Of a DNA stretch of 64,000 nt, positions 60,058 to 64,000 are shown in pieces. The notes below the pieces were generated by a model. That model saw only the letters and a list, made by a program, of their open reading frames with translations. It ran no database searches and was not told the DNA's origin. The position numbers and the translations under genes were made by a program. Every line of letters begins with the position of its first letter. Positions within the stretch are counted from its first letter, which is position 1. This DNA is from Paraspadella gotoi (lineage: Eukaryota > Animalia > Chaetognatha): NCBI GenBank assembly GCA_051294375.1, contig CM119270.1, positions 9,549,530-9,613,529 of the forward strand. The letters run 5' to 3'.

Positions 60058-63000
60058 GAGGGGAGAGTTGAAGGGAAGAGAAACGCGGACCGGTCGATGG
60101 GAGTGTGTCGAGGACGGGAATGAGGTGGTTACGTAGGCCGAAGTGGAAAATATGTTTGGCCGAAAATGGACGACGAACAAGGAGGCGAATGTGGTTTAAA
60201 AATCTAATTATTTAATAAAGAAACGAAAATTGAAAGATGGATGTCCGTTGTTAGCTGAAGAGATGATTAGTCGACGAGAGAGTAATAGTCGTAAAGGGAT
60301 TTGAAGAGAAATCGGTGTATATCTGTTGGAAGCCGAAAGGTTGGATAGCTGTTGAGAAAATATTAGGATGGGCAGCATGAGCGTAAAGACGAAATTCACC
60401 AAGTAGACAAAAACCGTCCAAGAATGGGAAAAATGTTGTGCTTTGTTTTAAGCAACTAAATGTGGTGAAAAAAATTGCGGTTAGTTTATATTGTCTGAAG
60501 ATATTTTTTTACTCAATCGCTTTGTCGTTCTTCGGAGAAAACCTTCTCTTTTTTTTCTTCTTCAGTTATTATTTCCACTCCTTTTCTCAGCTCTCTTCTT
60601 CTCTCTTTCCTCTCTTTTTAAAAAAAATTCTCGATGTCTTTTTTTTTTCTTGCGTTTTATTCGGGATTGCCGCTGAAGCTGCTGCCGAGGCTGCTGCCAC
60701 TGCCTCCGTTCCTTCCCGCCACCGCTCTGCCGCGGCTGAGCTTTCCCCGGGCGGCGGCTCCGACGCCGCCGGCTGCAGCTGTCGTTGGTCGCTTCCGGAG
60801 CGGAGAGGGAAAAGGGCGAAAACAGGGAGGAAGAAAGAAAGGAAGAAAAAAAATTTCGAAAAAAAGAGAAAAAAGAAAGAAAAAAATTAGAAAAGATAAA
60901 AACTCTTCAATGGGGGAAGATCGCTATGAGAGCGCCAAAGGATTACGCGCGCTAGACAAAGTGCAAGAGGCGGAAACCGTTTTCAGCTGTTGCGCCCCTT
61001 CCCCGGGCGTCCAAGGAAGAGAGGGAATGTTGAGAGAGCTGCGGCTTGGAATCGATGAGAGAGCGATGACAGAGACGGAACGGTGAAGATAAGCGACGGA
61101 GATAGAGAGAGTGGTCGAAATGATCGACGGGTCTTTTTATTTGTGTGAGGACGGCTGCTGGAGGATGAAGATTTTTCTTTGCGGCCAAATCAAGGTTATA
61201 TCGCAAAATCTGGGGAGATTGCCTCTCGAGGCGTGGGGAGTTTGTCGCGGACTGATCTATAGAGAGGAGGAAGAGAAGCGATGTGCAAAGAAAACGAAAG
61301 ATCGAAGGGCTTGAATCTGGTCAAGGTCGATGGTCAAACAGAATAACGATCCAAGATTTCTAGTCTTATTTTATAATTGTGACTATCATAGGGATAGTCA
61401 ATAAGTCGATCGACACCATTTGATTCTTTATCCTGAAAAGACGAAAGTGCTTTTAAAAAATTCAAGGAGCGAACAAAAAATCGGAGAGAATGTTTTTTTT
61501 TTTTTTTTTTGTTTCATTCACGTCGCCATAGACGAGGAATTTGCACCAAAGTGTCACAACCGAAAAACTAAAAGGGAAAAACAATTGTTTTTTAGATATT
61601 TTCTACCTGAACGGTTCAAGGAAAAGGAAACGCGTTGAAACATAGATGAGGAAAACACGTGGTATTAGAGAGAAAGTTACTGGGGAGGAAAAGAAGAAAA
61701 ATAGGCAAAAAATTCAAAGTCGGTGGAAGATAGAGAGTGATGGAAGCGCGGAGGAAAAAGAAAAATGAGCAATGTCAGGCCGAACGAATTAGTCAAACCC
61801 AAAGACAAGCGAAGAAAGACGACTGAGGAGGAATACAAAGGAGAAAGAAAGGAACGGAGGAAGAAAAGATATAACACAGTAAAGAAATGGAAGGAAATAA
61901 GTTGAGAAATGAAACCGAAGAAAAGAAAAGAACAAAACTGAAAATCGTCTGACAAAAAAAAAAGTCGAGACAAGGACAACAATTTGGCAAGGAAACGAAA
62001 AAAAGGATTTAATCCGAGAACCGACCATAAATCTTTTCTGACGACGACATGAGATCGACGCGGATGTGGCCAAGGTGTGGGCGGGAGATGTGGGAGATGT
62101 AGAGCGGGATGTGGACAGAGATGAATATTTTGGCACGTGTGGACACAAAAATATCAAGGAAAAGCAATGGAAGGATCAACGCAAGAAGATGAAACGTCAA
62201 AAGGGGAGAGCCAGAAATTGATTTTGAGTATATACGATTGGTAATTAAACTTGGATAAAACATTATATGAAATTGGTACAACCAATATAAAAATTATTCA
62301 TCCATACTATTTTTCATATTTAAGTTAAAAAATGATCTAAGAAACAATAGAGAAATACAGGGAAAAAACGTTTACATGAAATAATCGTGGGAGAGTGGAA
62401 AAAATGGAGAAAAGTTGCGTTTTAAGAGTAGAAAATATGGGAAAATAGAAGGAAGGAAGAAAAAAAAGGGGGAAAAAAAGAGCATCATTGAAAGAAAGAA
62501 ATTTGGGCTCTCGTGAGAACATTAAGCAAAACAAAATATGACGAAGACGAAATAAAATAAAGCCTCCTGTAATAACATCAACGCTACAGGATTTCGGTTT
62601 ATTCTTAACGGAAAAGAGAAAACGGATCAGAGTATCTGGACCCGCAACCCGCCGCCGCCGCCGCCGACGCAACTACAGCCGCAGCCTCGGAGTCTTCAGC
62701 GTCCGCCCAACGTCGAGCCAGCGCCGCGCGGTGGCACTTCCGCTGCTTCCATCGCCGCCGCAACATCTTTGGCTTAAACCAGGATCGCAGTCTCGAAGTC
62801 ACGGTGACCCAGGCGGGATTCACGGGGAAGTGAGGATGAAAGAGGGGAGAGAATAAAGAGTGAAAGGGTGAGAGGGAAAAAGGAGTCGTGAAACGAGAGA
62901 AATAAAGTAATTTGTCGTATGAAAGTAAAAAGAAAATATTGAAACCGAAAAACCTATTAAATTCTACAAAAGGTACAAATTGAAAGCAAATTGAAGATAA

Positions 63001-63437
63001 AGGTTATGGGAAGAAAGGTAAGAAAGAAAAGTGGAAAATGTGTTTGCAAGAAAAAGAGCTGACAAAGAAATTTCGGCTGGTCGACCAAGGGGGGAGGTGA
63101 AAAAAATGAGAATGAAAAGAACTGAGGTTTGTCGTAAATATTGGACTGGCGAGAATCTGAGGTCGATGACTTTAATTCAATAAAAGTTGACAAAGAGAAA
63201 GTGAGAAAAAAAAAGACAAAAGGGAACGACAAAGAAAATGAAAATAATAAGTTATTTAAAGTTATATAATTATTTTAGCTCACAACATTTAGCCAAGAAG
63301 CTATTCGCCGTTAAGAGAAAATAATTATTCGACATAAGGTAAAAGGCAAAGGGAGGGGACGAGGGAGATAAGGAAAGAAAAGTACTGGATGGCTTTGCGA
63401 GAGCGCGCGAGCAGGCAAATGCACTGACGAGTGCGAA

Positions 63438-63499
<62 letters not shown>

Positions 63500-64000
63500 T
63501 TGTGCGATTGGGTAGGGTTTAGCTGTCAGCAAATATTAGGCGGATAGAGAGACAAGACGCAAAGCTCTAGATAGATTATATAAATAGATTATAGAAAGAC
63601 TATTTTATCCACGTTATTTCCCAATCAAATTTATAGTAAGAATCTATTTCATTAAAAGTTGTGACCTCCTAAAAAATATTCTAAAGAAATGAACCCGCCG
63701 TGAAATGTTGACTTACTGTCAATCCGCAAAAAAGGTCGTTTTACGAATGGGAGAGAAACAAACCATAAGATTTTTTGTTTGGTATACTCCAGTGCAACTG
63801 TTCCAAACACAAAACGGTCAAACACTAGTAAGATTTTTGTACGTTGACATAATTGTCAAAAGGCAACTAATTCGTATAGAGAAAGCTATTTTTGGGATAT
63901 TCCGATCTACTAAAAAGAACAGAATTGTGACATACGTAATAGTCTAGAACTCAACTGCCGATCATCAATAATATATAATATATTATTCACATATCATCCA

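Noticed and set aside
60438-63532. Numerous Phe/Leu/Ser- or Lys/Arg-rich ORFs upstream of Pur-alpha
   Set aside because: Products of purine/pyrimidine-skewed UTR, intron and promoter sequence; no domain or splice support.

Overview
AT-rich, intron-containing animal (invertebrate-type) genomic DNA with many (GA)n microsatellites and non-autonomous repeats; most ORFs in the supplied track are spurious. Gene models built by hand from splice sites and reading-frame phase, in order: 3' part of a Na+/Ca2+ exchanger (NCX/SLC8, +), a membrane-tethered CREB3-family bZIP (+), an orphan secreted precursor (-), a 71-aa TM+EGF micro-protein (+), FAM166/CIMIP2 (+), UCKL1 (-), lin-28 (-), the last two exons of a smoothelin-type CH-domain gene (-) and Pur-alpha (-). 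Best leads: (1) five identical, same-strand 8-mer miR-100/99/51-family seed matches downstream of the lin-28 stop, plus one upstream of its ATG, with no canonical let-7 or miR-125 site seen; (2) duplicated, apparently mutually exclusive NCX exons encoding the start of the alpha-2 ion-binding repeat, where one copy is a single 159-nt exon and the other is a 110+49-nt exon pair; (3) an approximately 65-aa insertion inside the LIN-28 cold-shock domain; (4) an unannotated single-EGF micro-protein; (5) several GC-AG introns. All models are manual and untested against transcripts or databases.
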